Shown: positions 21,661 through 31,285 of the stretch, one piece after another | How the letters are laid out: the number at the start of each line of letters is the position of its first letter | Position numbering within the stretch: the first letter of the stretch is position 1 | Origin: a virus | Strand: one strand, 5' to 3' | DNA: 39,252 nt | IMG/VR virus record: IMGVR_UViG_3300045988_083504 | The notes under the pieces: model-generated | The model's database searches: none | Told to the model about the DNA's origin: nothing | The model's input: only the letters and a program-made list of their open reading frames with translations | Translations under genes and position numbers: made by a program

Positions 21661-23046
21661 ATGCCTCGATATAAACAAGCAGCAGGCGGAACGGTGCAGG
21701 TGGATTTGGGGACGCTGAACCCTAAACAGAAGAAGTTCTGCCAGTCCCGGAGCCGATACACGGCTTACGGCGGCGCCAGAGGCGGCGGCAAGACACACGT
21801 TCTGCTGCGGAAGGCGGCAGGCGGCGCGCTCACCTACCCCGGCATCAAGATCCTGATCGTGCGCCGGGAGTACCCAGAATTGGAGCAGAACATCATTCTG
21901 CCCATGCAAAAGCTGATCCCGCCGGAGGTGGGCAGCTACAACGGCAGTATGCGCATGATGTTCTTCTGCAACGGCAGCATTATCAAGTTCGGGCACTACG
22001 GCGCGGGAGACGATCAGGAATATCAGGGCCTTGAATTTGACTGGATCTTCATGGAGGAGGCCACTCAGTTCTCGGAATCCCAGTTCCGCACACTGGGCGC
22101 GTGTTTGCGTGGCGCGACCAAGTTCCCCCGGCGGATGTACCTGACCTGCAACCCCGGCGGCATCGGCCACCTGTGGGTAAAGCGGCTGTTTGTGGACCGG
22201 GAGTACCGGGAGGGGGAAAAGGCCAAGGATTACACCTTCATCCCCGCTACGGTGGACGATAACCCCCAGCTTTTGGAAGCGTCCCCGGAGTACAAGCAAA
22301 TGCTAGACCTGCTGCCGGAGGATGTACGGCGGGCGTGGCGCTACGGTGACTGGAACGCCATGGCAGGCACGTTCTTCCCGGAGTTCCGCAAAGAAACCCA
22401 TGTGATCGCGCCTTTTGTACGGGTGCCCCGGGAGTGGAAGAAGTACCGGGCGTTCGACTACGGCCTTGATATGTTCGCCTGCCTTTGGGTGGCGGTGGAC
22501 TTTGAGGGGCGGGCCTATGTGTACCGGGAGGTACAGCAAAGTGGATTGATCGTCAGCGAGGCGGCAAAGCTGGCAAATGCCCTGACCCCGCCGGAGGAGC
22601 ACATTGAGTTCACCATTGCCCCGCCGGATATGTGGAACCGGCAGAAGGACAGCGGGCGGAGCATGGCGGAGATCTTCGCACAGAACGGGTTAGGGCTGCT
22701 GAAAGCCAGCAACAACCGCGTTCAGGGCTGGATGGCCGTCAAGGAGCTGCTGAAGCCCATGAAGAGCGACACGGACCGGCCCGGACTGCTGGTGACGGAA
22801 AACTGTGTGGGCCTGATCCGCAACCTGCCATCCATCCAGCATGACGAGAAAAACCCCTCGGACTGCGCCACGGAACCCCACGAGATCACCCATATCTGCG
22901 ACGCTGCCCGGTATTTCTGTGTCACCCGCGTTCTGGGCGCTCAGAAAACCGTGGAGAAGATCGTGGACGATTTCGACGAGGGCGAGGACTACGATGACGT
23001 GATGACGGGCGGGGAGATGACCGCCGATTATCTATCCTACGGATAA
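21661..23046 (+). CDS. terL: Terminase large subunit (461 aa)
   Basis: Walker A YGGARGGGKTH, Walker B-like DWIFMEEA, and a C-terminal nuclease-type region. AAGGAG RBS. Confidence 0.95.
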   Translation: MPRYKQAAGGTVQVDLGTLNPKQKKFCQSRSRYTAYGGARGGGKTHVLLRKAAGGALTYPGIKILIVRREYPELEQNIILPMQKLIPPEVGSYNGSMRMMFFCNGSIIKFGHYGAGDDQEYQGLEFDWIFMEEATQFSESQFRTLGACLRGATKFPRRMYLTCNPGGIGHLWVKRLFVDREYREGEKAKDYTFIPATVDDNPQLLEASPEYKQMLDLLPEDVRRAWRYGDWNAMAGTFFPEFRKETHVIAPFVRVPREWKKYRAFDYGLDMFACLWVAVDFEGRAYVYREVQQSGLIVSEAAKLANALTPPEEHIEFTIAPPDMWNRQKDSGRSMAEIFAQNGLGLLKASNNRVQGWMAVKELLKPMKSDTDRPGLLVTENCVGLIRNLPSIQHDEKNPSDCATEPHEITHICDAARYFCVTRVLGAQKTVEKIVDDFDEGEDYDDVMTGGEMTADYLSYG

Positions 23047-23060
23047 AGGAGGCCCGGACG

Positions 23061-24908
23061 ATGGCTCAAATCACATCCAGCAACGATATTCAGGTGTTGA
23101 AGATCCGCCAGTTTCTGGGCCTGAACGAGAACCCGGACGGGGATACCAAGATCAAGAACGGCGAAATGAGCAAGATGCGGAACTTCCGTGTGACGCGGGA
23201 GAAGCACTTGCAGCTGCGCCCCGGCACCAAGACGGTTTTGAACCTGAAAACGGCATGGGACGCATGGTGCGCGGAGAGCGGCCACACGGCCCCCACAGCA
23301 AACCCGGTTTTCTCCGGCGCGTGGGAGGGCGTGGTAGACAGCAAGCAGCGGACCCTTGCCGCCTTCGGGGGGCTGATCTTCTCTCTGGACCCGGCGGCGG
23401 CAACAACCAAGGTTGTGGGTCAGTGTACGCAGGACCAGACCTCGTTCTTCGGCTTTTCCAACAAAGTTTACCTGCTGAACGGCCATGAGTACATGAGCTG
23501 GGACGGTAAGGAGGGCAGCAGCTTTGCGGCGGTGGAGGGCTATATCCCCACGGTGATGAACGCCACGACGCCTGCGGGCGGTGGGTTTCTGCTGGAAAAC
23601 GTAAACCGGCTGACGGGCAAGCGGAAGGTTCTGTATTCCCCCGACGGCAAGGAGACGGTTTTCCACATCCCGGAAAAGACGGTGGATGAGATCATCTCCG
23701 TGAAGATCGGGGACACGGCGCAGACATACACCTCCGACCTGACGGCACGGACCTTTACCATTACCCCTGCCCCCGCTGCCGGAACCAACACACTGGAGCT
23801 GATTTACCGCAGCGGCAACGGAGAACGGGCGCAGGTAACGGGGATGCGCTTCTCCGAGCTTTACAACGGGCAGACGGACAGCCGCGTGTTTCTATACGGA
23901 GACGGCACCAACAAGACCATTTACTCCGGCATCGATTCCGCCACCGGCAAGCCCTCAGCGGAATATTTCCCGGATCTGTACGAGGCGGAGGTGGGCGAGG
24001 CCAACACGCCCATTACCGGCATGGTGCGTCATTACGCACGGCTGGTGGTATTTAAGCAGGATGCCACCTACTCCATGAGTTATTCCACGCTGGTAACGGC
24101 TACGGACGTCACCACGGCGGCGTTCTATGTGACCCCTGTCAACCGGCAGTTCGGCAACAAGGCTCCGGGGCAGGTGGATATTCTGGAGAATAACCCCCTG
24201 ACGCTGGACGATCAGGCGGTATACCGGTGGCGGAGCGTATCCACCAGCGGGAATATCACCTTTGACGAGCGGAACGCGGAACGGATCAGCAACCGGGTAG
24301 AAGTGACGCTGCAAGGCTTTGATATGGCAGAGACCCGGATCTTCAACCGAAAATCGGCGCAGGAATACTGGTGGATGTACGGAGACAAGGCGCTGATCCT
24401 GAACTACGGCGCGGACGCATGGTATCTCTACACCGGATTGAGCTTCCGGGCCATGGTGGAAATAGGGCTGGAGACCTACGGCTTCCGGCCTGACGGCGGC
24501 GTGGTGCATCTTTCCCGGCAGTATCGGAACGATGACGGCAAGGATATTGACGCCTACGCGGCCACCGGCTCCATGGATTTTGACCGGGACTGGGTGCTGA
24601 AATACAGCCCGCTTATTTTCGTGGCGATCCAGCCGGAGAGCAACGCGCGGGTGCACGTAACGGTGGAGACCAACCGCCGCAGCGACTACCCGGAGAAAAT
24701 CGTATCCTCCGGCCTGACCACCTTTGCCCATGCGGACTTCGCCCACTGGTCTTTCGGAACCAACCGAAAGCCGCAGGTGCGGCGGGTGAAGATGAAGGTG
24801 AAAAAGGCCACCTTCTACAAGCTGGTATTCAAGAGCAAATCGGCATCGTCTACCGCAACGGTTCTGGAGACGGATGTGCAGCTCCGCTATACCGGAAATG
24901 TGAAATAA
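23061..24908 (+). CDS. Large virion structural protein (615 aa), role unknown (possibly tail hub/nozzle)
   Basis: AAGGAGG RBS. The composition is beta-rich. It lies between terL and portal. No motif recognised. Confidence 0.65.
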   Translation: MAQITSSNDIQVLKIRQFLGLNENPDGDTKIKNGEMSKMRNFRVTREKHLQLRPGTKTVLNLKTAWDAWCAESGHTAPTANPVFSGAWEGVVDSKQRTLAAFGGLIFSLDPAAATTKVVGQCTQDQTSFFGFSNKVYLLNGHEYMSWDGKEGSSFAAVEGYIPTVMNATTPAGGGFLLENVNRLTGKRKVLYSPDGKETVFHIPEKTVDEIISVKIGDTAQTYTSDLTARTFTITPAPAAGTNTLELIYRSGNGERAQVTGMRFSELYNGQTDSRVFLYGDGTNKTIYSGIDSATGKPSAEYFPDLYEAEVGEANTPITGMVRHYARLVVFKQDATYSMSYSTLVTATDVTTAAFYVTPVNRQFGNKAPGQVDILENNPLTLDDQAVYRWRSVSTSGNITFDERNAERISNRVEVTLQGFDMAETRIFNRKSAQEYWWMYGDKALILNYGADAWYLYTGLSFRAMVEIGLETYGFRPDGGVVHLSRQYRNDDGKDIDAYAATGSMDFDRDWVLKYSPLIFVAIQPESNARVHVTVETNRRSDYPEKIVSSGLTTFAHADFAHWSFGTNRKPQVRRVKMKVKKATFYKLVFKSKSASSTATVLETDVQLRYTGNVK

Positions 24909-24920
24909 AGGGGTGAACCC

Positions 24921-26588
24921 ATGAGCAAACAGACGATGACCCCGGAGCGGGTCGGCAAGGAATACAACGCGGGCATCAGCTTCAACAGCGGCATTGACCT
25001 CTATGACTGCGTGGAAACCAACGAGAATTTCTTCATTGGTAAGCAGTGGGAGGGGGTCCAGAGCAACGGCCTCCCTACCCCCGTATTCAACTTCCTGAAG
25101 CGGGTGGTGCTGTTCTCCGTGGCGAATATCTCCACGGACAATCTGAAGCTGTGGGCGCGGGCCATGTCCTCCAGCGGGAAGCGGAACACGCAGACCCTGG
25201 AGCTGGTGGCCGACATTCTCAACGATCAGTTCGCGTCCATCTTTGAGCACAACAGCATCGGCGGGCGCATCCGGGAGTATACCCGCAACGCTGCCGTGGA
25301 CGGTGACGGCTGTATGTATACCTACTGGGACGATACGGCGGAGACCGGGCAGGCCAGCAAGGGCGCCATCCGAACGGAAGTCCTGATGAACACGCAGGTT
25401 TTGTTCGGCAACCCCAACAACCGGGACGTGCAGAGCCAGCCTTACATCATTCTGGAGCGGCGGATGCTGCTGAGTGAGGCCCGGAAGCGGGCCAAGCGGT
25501 ACGGCAAGGACCCGGACGAGATCCAGCCGGACAACAAGGACTGCGGCAACAACTACATGGATTCCATGAGCGGCAGCGGGAACAAGGTGACGGTGCTGCT
25601 CCGGCTGTGGAAGGATGACGAGACCGGCACCGTCCACGCCTACGAGTGCACCCGGCAGGCGGAGATCCGGGGCGATCTGGACCTCGGTATCAAGCTGTAT
25701 CCCATGACGTGGATGAACTGGGACTATGTGCAGGACTGCTATCACGGACAGGCCATGATTACCGGCCTGCTACCCAACCAGATCTTCGTCAATAAGCTGT
25801 TTGCCATGTCCATGATCTCGTTGATGACGCTGGCCTATCCGAAGGTGGTATACGATTCCACCAAGGTAGCCAAGTGGACGAACAAGATCGGCGGGGCTAT
25901 TCCGGTAAACGGCAGTGTGGAGGGCGTGGCGAAGATCATTGACCCCGCCAGCATCTCCCCACAGATCAGCCAGTTTATTGACATTGCCATCAGCTATACG
26001 CAGAAGTTCCTCGGCGCATCGGACGTGGCGCTGGGCGATACCAGACCGGACAACACCTCCGCCATTATCGCCTTGCAGCGGGCGGCGGCAACGCCTATGG
26101 AGCTGACGAAGCAGAACCTTTTGCAGAGCATTGAGGATCTGGGCCGCATCTACATGGAGTTCATGGGCGAATACTACGGGGAACGGTATGTGGAAATCTC
26201 CAACCCCTATGACAGCAGCAAACTGGTGGTTCCCTTTGATTTCTCCATCCTGAAGGAGATTCCCTTCACCATCGGACTGGATGCGGGCGCGGCCTCCTAC
26301 TGGAGCGAAATCGCCGCCATGCAAACCCTTGATAACCTGCTGATGCAGGGCAAGATCTCCACGGTGGAATATCTGAAACGGCTGCCCGCCGGACAGATCA
26401 CCGACAAGGAGGCGCTGATCCAAGCCCTCCAGCAGCAGGAACGTGCCATGATGGGTGGTCAGCCGGGAGCAGAGGGCGAACAGCCTGTTACCGAAGAGGA
26501 AGCCGTCCCCATTCGGGGCGGGGCCGGATACGGCCAGTTGCAGCGGAAAATCAACGAGACCGGCGAAGTGCCGAAAACGGAGGTGTAA
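24921..26588 (+). CDS. Portal protein (555 aa)
   Basis: Assigned from size and position. Portal-like blocks are NENFFIGKQW, LLPNQIFVNKL and GASDVALGDTRPDNTSAIIALQRAAATPMEL. Confidence 0.8.
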   Translation: MSKQTMTPERVGKEYNAGISFNSGIDLYDCVETNENFFIGKQWEGVQSNGLPTPVFNFLKRVVLFSVANISTDNLKLWARAMSSSGKRNTQTLELVADILNDQFASIFEHNSIGGRIREYTRNAAVDGDGCMYTYWDDTAETGQASKGAIRTEVLMNTQVLFGNPNNRDVQSQPYIILERRMLLSEARKRAKRYGKDPDEIQPDNKDCGNNYMDSMSGSGNKVTVLLRLWKDDETGTVHAYECTRQAEIRGDLDLGIKLYPMTWMNWDYVQDCYHGQAMITGLLPNQIFVNKLFAMSMISLMTLAYPKVVYDSTKVAKWTNKIGGAIPVNGSVEGVAKIIDPASISPQISQFIDIAISYTQKFLGASDVALGDTRPDNTSAIIALQRAAATPMELTKQNLLQSIEDLGRIYMEFMGEYYGERYVEISNPYDSSKLVVPFDFSILKEIPFTIGLDAGAASYWSEIAAMQTLDNLLMQGKISTVEYLKRLPAGQITDKEALIQALQQQERAMMGGQPGAEGEQPVTEEEAVPIRGGAGYGQLQRKINETGEVPKTEV

Positions 26589-26591
26589 CCT

Positions 26592-28469
26592 GTGGCGATT
26601 GAGAAATTCAACAAAAATATGGCGATCATTGCGGCATTGGACGATGAACCCAATGACGTAGGCGGTATGACCTCCGCCGAGCTGAAAAACAAGTTCGACG
26701 AGGGCGGCAAGGCTATTCAGTCCTACATGAACGAGACCCTGATCCCGGCGCTGGAAAATCTGGGTGTGGAAACGGCGGTGCTGCTGCCGCAGAACGAAGC
26801 CGGGTTCAAGTACATCCGCCTGAACAGCGATAAGGTGCTGGAGGTCAGCACGGACGGCAAGGCCTGGCAGGCAACCGGTTCTTCCGGACACCTGATTATC
26901 GGCCCGGACGGACAGGCCCTCCCCCAGCGGAGCCGGATGCAGTTCACCAACGGCACGGTGACGGATCAGAACGGCGTGACCGTGGTCACCGGCATAAAAG
27001 GTGACAAGGGCGAAAAAGGCGACAAGGGCGATACCGGCGAGACCGGAGCCACCGGCGCACAGGGTCCGGTGGGACCCGCCATCGTCCCCAGCGTGGACAT
27101 TAACGGCGTCATGTCCTTCTCCCTGCAAAATGTAACGTCCCCGCCCCAGAGCGTGAATGTGCGCGGCCCCCAAGGCCCGCAGGGCGTACAGGGTGAGCAG
27201 GGCGCACAGGGCGCAAGAGGCCCGCAGGGTATCCAGGGCGTGGCCGGTGCGCAGGGGCCCAAAGGAGACCAGGGTGAGACCGGTCCTGCCGGTCCTACCG
27301 GCCCGCAGGGGCCGACCGGATTGCAGGGCGTTCAGGGTATTCAGGGCGAGACCGGCCCCAAAGGCGCACCCGGCGACAAGGGTGAAACCGGACCCGCAGG
27401 CCCCCAAGGCCCCACCGGCGCACAAGGCCCAACCGGCGCTCCCGGCAAGGACGGAACCAGCCTCTACATTGAGGACGTCTATCCCACTCTGGCGGCGCTG
27501 CGAAAAGCTATCCCCACCGGCAACGAGAAGATGTACATGGTGGAGGCGGACAAGGAGTGCTATATCTGGTCCGAGCTTGCTTCAGACTGGGTAAGCGTTG
27601 GCAAGCTGCAAGGCCCGGAAGGCCCGCAAGGCCCCGCCGGTGCACAGGGCATCCAAGGCCCCAAGGGCGAAAAGGGCGACAAGGGTGACATTGGCCCACA
27701 GGGCGAGCAGGGCATCCAAGGCCCCACCGGTCCCCAGGGTGAGACGGGTGCCAAGGGCGCGACGGGTCCCCAGGGTCCGCAGGGTATCCAGGGCGTACAG
27801 GGTCCCCAGGGCGACGTTGGCCCGGAAGGCCCGCAAGGCCCCGCCGGTGTGAAGGGCACGGACGGCAAGAGCGCGTATCAGACCGCCGTGGAAGCCGGTT
27901 ATTCCGGCACGGAGACGGCGTTCAACACGGCGCTGAAAGAGGTGCCGGGGCATATCGCCAACGATGACATCCACGTGACCGCTGAACAGAAAACCGCGTG
28001 GAACGGCAAGGCGGCGGGGAAACACGCCAGCCAGCATAAGACCGGGGGCAGTGACCCCATTACACCGGGGGACATCGGAGCCATTGCATCTACGGCAAAG
28101 GGCACGGCGGACGGCGTGGCGTCTCTGGGCGCGGACGGCAAGGTGCCTGCAAGCCAGCTGCCGGAAATTTCCTCCGTCAAGACCTACACCGCCACCATCG
28201 GCACCACATGGACGGAGGACAGAAACACCGGCGTCAAGACGCAGAGCGTTGCCATCGCCGGTGTCAAGGCCACCAACACCGCCACGGTAGACCACGTTTA
28301 CACGGGGGCCGGGACCTCCGACGATTACGCGGCCTTCGTGGAGGCGGAGAACCAGTATCTCAACTGTATCACCAACGGCTACGCCGAAACCTACAACGGC
28401 GGCATCAAGTTTACGATCTTCGGGGATGCCAACACGGTTGCGATCCCCATTGTTGCGGAGGTGAGCTGA
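26592..28469 (+). CDS. Collagen-like tail fibre protein (625 aa, GTG start)
   Basis: GGAGGTG lies before GTG 26592. Three Gly-X-Y blocks occur at about aa 135-163, 192-288 and 341-424. Confidence 0.85.
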   Translation: MAIEKFNKNMAIIAALDDEPNDVGGMTSAELKNKFDEGGKAIQSYMNETLIPALENLGVETAVLLPQNEAGFKYIRLNSDKVLEVSTDGKAWQATGSSGHLIIGPDGQALPQRSRMQFTNGTVTDQNGVTVVTGIKGDKGEKGDKGDTGETGATGAQGPVGPAIVPSVDINGVMSFSLQNVTSPPQSVNVRGPQGPQGVQGEQGAQGARGPQGIQGVAGAQGPKGDQGETGPAGPTGPQGPTGLQGVQGIQGETGPKGAPGDKGETGPAGPQGPTGAQGPTGAPGKDGTSLYIEDVYPTLAALRKAIPTGNEKMYMVEADKECYIWSELASDWVSVGKLQGPEGPQGPAGAQGIQGPKGEKGDKGDIGPQGEQGIQGPTGPQGETGAKGATGPQGPQGIQGVQGPQGDVGPEGPQGPAGVKGTDGKSAYQTAVEAGYSGTETAFNTALKEVPGHIANDDIHVTAEQKTAWNGKAAGKHASQHKTGGSDPITPGDIGAIASTAKGTADGVASLGADGKVPASQLPEISSVKTYTATIGTTWTEDRNTGVKTQSVAIAGVKATNTATVDHVYTGAGTSDDYAAFVEAENQYLNCITNGYAETYNGGIKFTIFGDANTVAIPIVAEVS

Positions 28470-29197
28470 TGGGCCGGGTAACAGTGGTTGGCGGGTGCAG
28501 AGCGAAAGCACCGTCAACCGGCATTTTGGCAAGCACTTTGCCGGTGGGGTCTATAGTCAAACTCATGGAAAACGGCACGGCGGTCGAGTATCTGGTGGTT
28601 AATCAAGGTATTCCCAGTAATTCCGACCTGTATGATGCAAGCTGTAATGGGACGTGGCTGCTGCGGAAGGATATTCACAGCAACCGGCAGTGGAACACCA
28701 GCAACGTAAACAAGTATGAAAGCAGCGCTATTAACACTTGGCTGAATGGGGACTTTTTCAATAGTTTAGGAAGCGTGGAGCAAGCAACCATCAAGCAGGT
28801 AAAGATTCCATATCGGGCTGGCGGCTCCGGCGGCACTGACCAGAGCGGAGCAAATGGCCTGTCCTGCAAGGTGTTCCTGCTGTCCGGTTACGAGGTCGGT
28901 TGGACGACCAACTACAACCAGTATTTCCCACAGGAAGGCGCAAGGCTGTCCTACTTTGAGGCTGGGACCGGCACGACCGCCAACAACAAGCGTATTGCGA
29001 ACCTGAACGGCACGGCCGCCAGCTGGTGGCTCCGCTCCCCGTACACCAGCCGCACCGACTACGTGTGGCTCGTCCACTCCGGCGGCGACTACGACTACGG
29101 CGGCGCATCCTACCCAGGCGGCGTCCGCCCCGCTTTGGTTCTTCCCAGCAATGCACTATTTGATAAAACCACCATGCTCTTAAAGGGGGTGGCATAA
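28469..29197 (+). CDS. Receptor-binding-type tail protein, DUF6273-like, paralog 1 (242 aa)
   Basis: ATG 28469 overlaps the fibre stop (TGATG). SWWLRSP and GVRPALVLPSNALF motifs are present. It is a paralog of 29667-30395. Confidence 0.7.
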   Translation: MGRVTVVGGCRAKAPSTGILASTLPVGSIVKLMENGTAVEYLVVNQGIPSNSDLYDASCNGTWLLRKDIHSNRQWNTSNVNKYESSAINTWLNGDFFNSLGSVEQATIKQVKIPYRAGGSGGTDQSGANGLSCKVFLLSGYEVGWTTNYNQYFPQEGARLSYFEAGTGTTANNKRIANLNGTAASWWLRSPYTSRTDYVWLVHSGGDYDYGGASYPGGVRPALVLPSNALFDKTTMLLKGVA

Positions 29198-29667
29198 TGG
29201 GACATTGCTTGATGATGCGGAAGGGCGAGGTGCATACGCCGCCGTCCACGGTCAAGGAGGTCATCGTTGCTATTACGGCGGCCAACATTTCCGACTATTT
29301 CACCGTGACCAACGGCACCTATTATTTCGCAGGATCCGGGTCGGTCTTTACCAGCAACAACAGCGGCAAATCGGGTTCCACCGCTTCCACGGTGCTGACG
29401 GCGAAGCAGGACATTTCCGTGCTGGCGTTCAACTACTCCTATTCCAGCGAAGCCAAGTACGACAAGTTCACGCTGAAAGTGGGCGGAACCACGGTGGAAG
29501 ATGGCGTATCCGGTGCTACCACGAACAAGACGTACAGCGGCAGTCTTGCCAAGGGGCAGACAGTGGAGTTCACCTACTCAAAGGACAGTTCGCAGGATGC
29601 CAACGATGACAAATGCACATTCAGCGATATGCACATCACGATTCTTGTGCCAAAGGGGGCGGCATAA
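29197..29667 (+). CDS. Small beta-rich tail-associated protein (156 aa)
   Basis: AAGGGGGTGG RBS and TAATG overlap. It lies between the two paralogs. Confidence 0.65.
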   Translation: MGHCLMMRKGEVHTPPSTVKEVIVAITAANISDYFTVTNGTYYFAGSGSVFTSNNSGKSGSTASTVLTAKQDISVLAFNYSYSSEAKYDKFTLKVGGTTVEDGVSGATTNKTYSGSLAKGQTVEFTYSKDSSQDANDDKCTFSDMHITILVPKGAA

Positions 29668-30395
29668 TGGGCAGAGTAATTATGAGCGGCATTGTTCCGA
29701 CGCTGAAAGCGCCGGTGACGGGGGTGCTGGCCTCCAGCCTTGCGGTGGGTTCCACCGTGAAGCTGATGGAGGGCGGCACGGCGGTGGAATATCTGGTGGT
29801 GAATCAGGGGATTCCCAGTAATTCCGACCTGTATGATGCAAGTTGTAATGGGACTTGGTTGTTGAGAAAAGATTGCCATAGTAAAGGGCGGTGGAACCGC
29901 CTAGACGAGAACGAATATGCTTCTAGCGTCATCAACACTTGGTTGAATGGAGATTTCTTTAATAGCTTAGGTAGTGTTGAGCAATCTGTTATCAAGCAAG
30001 TAAAAATCCCATATTGCGTTGGCAATTTGACTTCAACGATAAATAGCGGAACTAATGGACTGTCTGTCAAAGCGTTTTTACTAGGCGGATATGAGGTGGG
30101 GTTCACAATAGATGACGATAATGAGCTGCCTAAAGACGGTGCGAAGTTAGATTATTTTATCTTAGGGACGGGCGGAAATGCAAAACGCATTTCCTATCTG
30201 GATGGAAATGCAGTTTATTGGTGGTTACGCTCGCCACAGTGGAGCACTGTAAATTTAGTGTTTCACGTCAAAGCCACTGGTGGGCTTATTAACAAAGACC
30301 CTACCAGTTCTAATGATGGCATCCGCCCCGCTTTGATTCTTCCCAGCAATGCACTATTTGATGAAGCTACCAAGCTGTTGAAGGGCGTAAAGTAA
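29667..30395 (+). CDS. Receptor-binding-type tail protein, DUF6273-like, paralog 2 (242 aa) with an AT-richer central cassette
   Basis: It shares EYLVVNQGIPSNSDLYDASCNGTWLLRKD, INTWLNGDFFNSLGSVEQ, WWLRSP and IRPALILPSNALFD with paralog 1. A 32-nt stretch is identical (28610-28641 = 29811-29842). Confidence 0.7.
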   Translation: MGRVIMSGIVPTLKAPVTGVLASSLAVGSTVKLMEGGTAVEYLVVNQGIPSNSDLYDASCNGTWLLRKDCHSKGRWNRLDENEYASSVINTWLNGDFFNSLGSVEQSVIKQVKIPYCVGNLTSTINSGTNGLSVKAFLLGGYEVGFTIDDDNELPKDGAKLDYFILGTGGNAKRISYLDGNAVYWWLRSPQWSTVNLVFHVKATGGLINKDPTSSNDGIRPALILPSNALFDEATKLLKGVK

Positions 30396-30488
30396 TGGAA
30401 AAAGCCGGAGAATTAAACTTCCGGCAGATCCCACAGATACAAATGAAACCGGCTGAGTAAGCCGTAAAAATTGAAAGGGGTATACATT

Positions 30489-30809
30489 ATGGAAAAGAAG
30501 TTTGCCGAGATCATCAACGAGGGCCGCAAGAGCGGCAAGACCATCGAGGCCATCAACAAGGAGCTGAAAGAGGCCGGTGCCAATTTCCACCTGAATCACG
30601 ATGGCGGCGTTGCCAACTGGACCGTGGCTGAGATGGCCGAGGGCTTCAACCAGGCGGAGAAGGAGCCGGAGGACGTGAAGCACCTGCATGATTATATGCG
30701 GTACGATGTCACGAAGGCCGGTCAGACCGTCCGTGTGGAGACCCCGGAGGGCGTCTACGATATTACTTGGGATGAGGGCGGTCATCCTGAGAAGGCCGTG
30801 CGGGTGTGA
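30489..30809 (+). CDS. Hypothetical protein (106 aa)
   Basis: ATG 30489 follows GAAAGGGG. The TTG start at 30471 used by the ORF track lacks support. Confidence 0.6.
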   Translation: MEKKFAEIINEGRKSGKTIEAINKELKEAGANFHLNHDGGVANWTVAEMAEGFNQAEKEPEDVKHLHDYMRYDVTKAGQTVRVETPEGVYDITWDEGGHPEKAVRV

Positions 30810-30829
30810 CCACCGAAAGGAGGGGTACT

Positions 30830-31285
30830 ATGAACGCTTTACACATCAAAAATACGGTGTTGGCGGTGCTGGCTGCGGCTGGCTCCGCCATCGCCCAGGC
30901 TCTGGGGGGCTGGGATATGGCGCTGAAAGTGCTGATCTGTTTTATGGTGCTGGACTACGCCACCGGCTGGATGGTAGCGGCCATCTGGCATAAGTCCAGC
31001 AAGAGCGGCACCGGGGCGCTGAGTTCCGACGCCGGGTTCAAGGGGCTGGCGAAGAAGTGCGTCATGCTGGCGCTGGTATGGATGGGGGCATTGTTGGATC
31101 AGGCCACATCCAGCGATTTTGTACGGGACGCTGTTTGCATGTTCTTTATTGCAAATGAGGGGCTGTCAATCCTCGAAAATACGGCAGTGATGGGGGTCCC
31201 CTACCCCGCCTTTGTGAAGAATATGCTGGACGCCATCCGTCAGGCCAGCGATCAGGGAAAACAGAATTCGGAGGCTCACACATGA
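30830..31285 (+). CDS. Holin (phage_holin_4 / LL-H-type) (151 aa)
   Basis: ATG 30830 follows GGAGGGG. It has three hydrophobic helices. DYATGW ... ANEGLSILENTAVMGVPYP matches the holin family pattern. Confidence 0.8.
   Translation: MNALHIKNTVLAVLAAAGSAIAQALGGWDMALKVLICFMVLDYATGWMVAAIWHKSSKSGTGALSSDAGFKGLAKKCVMLALVWMGALLDQATSSDFVRDAVCMFFIANEGLSILENTAVMGVPYPAFVKNMLDAIRQASDQGKQNSEAHT

Noticed and set aside
20512-22299. 595-aa minus-strand ORF. Similar long antisense ORFs occur at 19489-20475, 23955-25745, 25770-27425, 27582-28532, 31276-32268, 32261-34252, 34358-36862 and 36938-38767.
   Set aside because: They lie antisense to genes with unmistakable motifs (terminase Walker A, Gly-X-Y collagen repeats, holin, endolysin, portal). 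They lack RBSs. Their translations are monotonous G/R/H/L/V/A-rich strings typical of stop-free antisense frames in high-GC DNA.
26990-27870. Collagen-like region as a DNA tandem-repeat artefact or a diversity-generating retroelement target.
   Set aside because: The repetition is at the Gly-X-Y codon level with varied codons, not exact DNA tandem repeats. No reverse transcriptase gene or template repeat exists anywhere in the genome.
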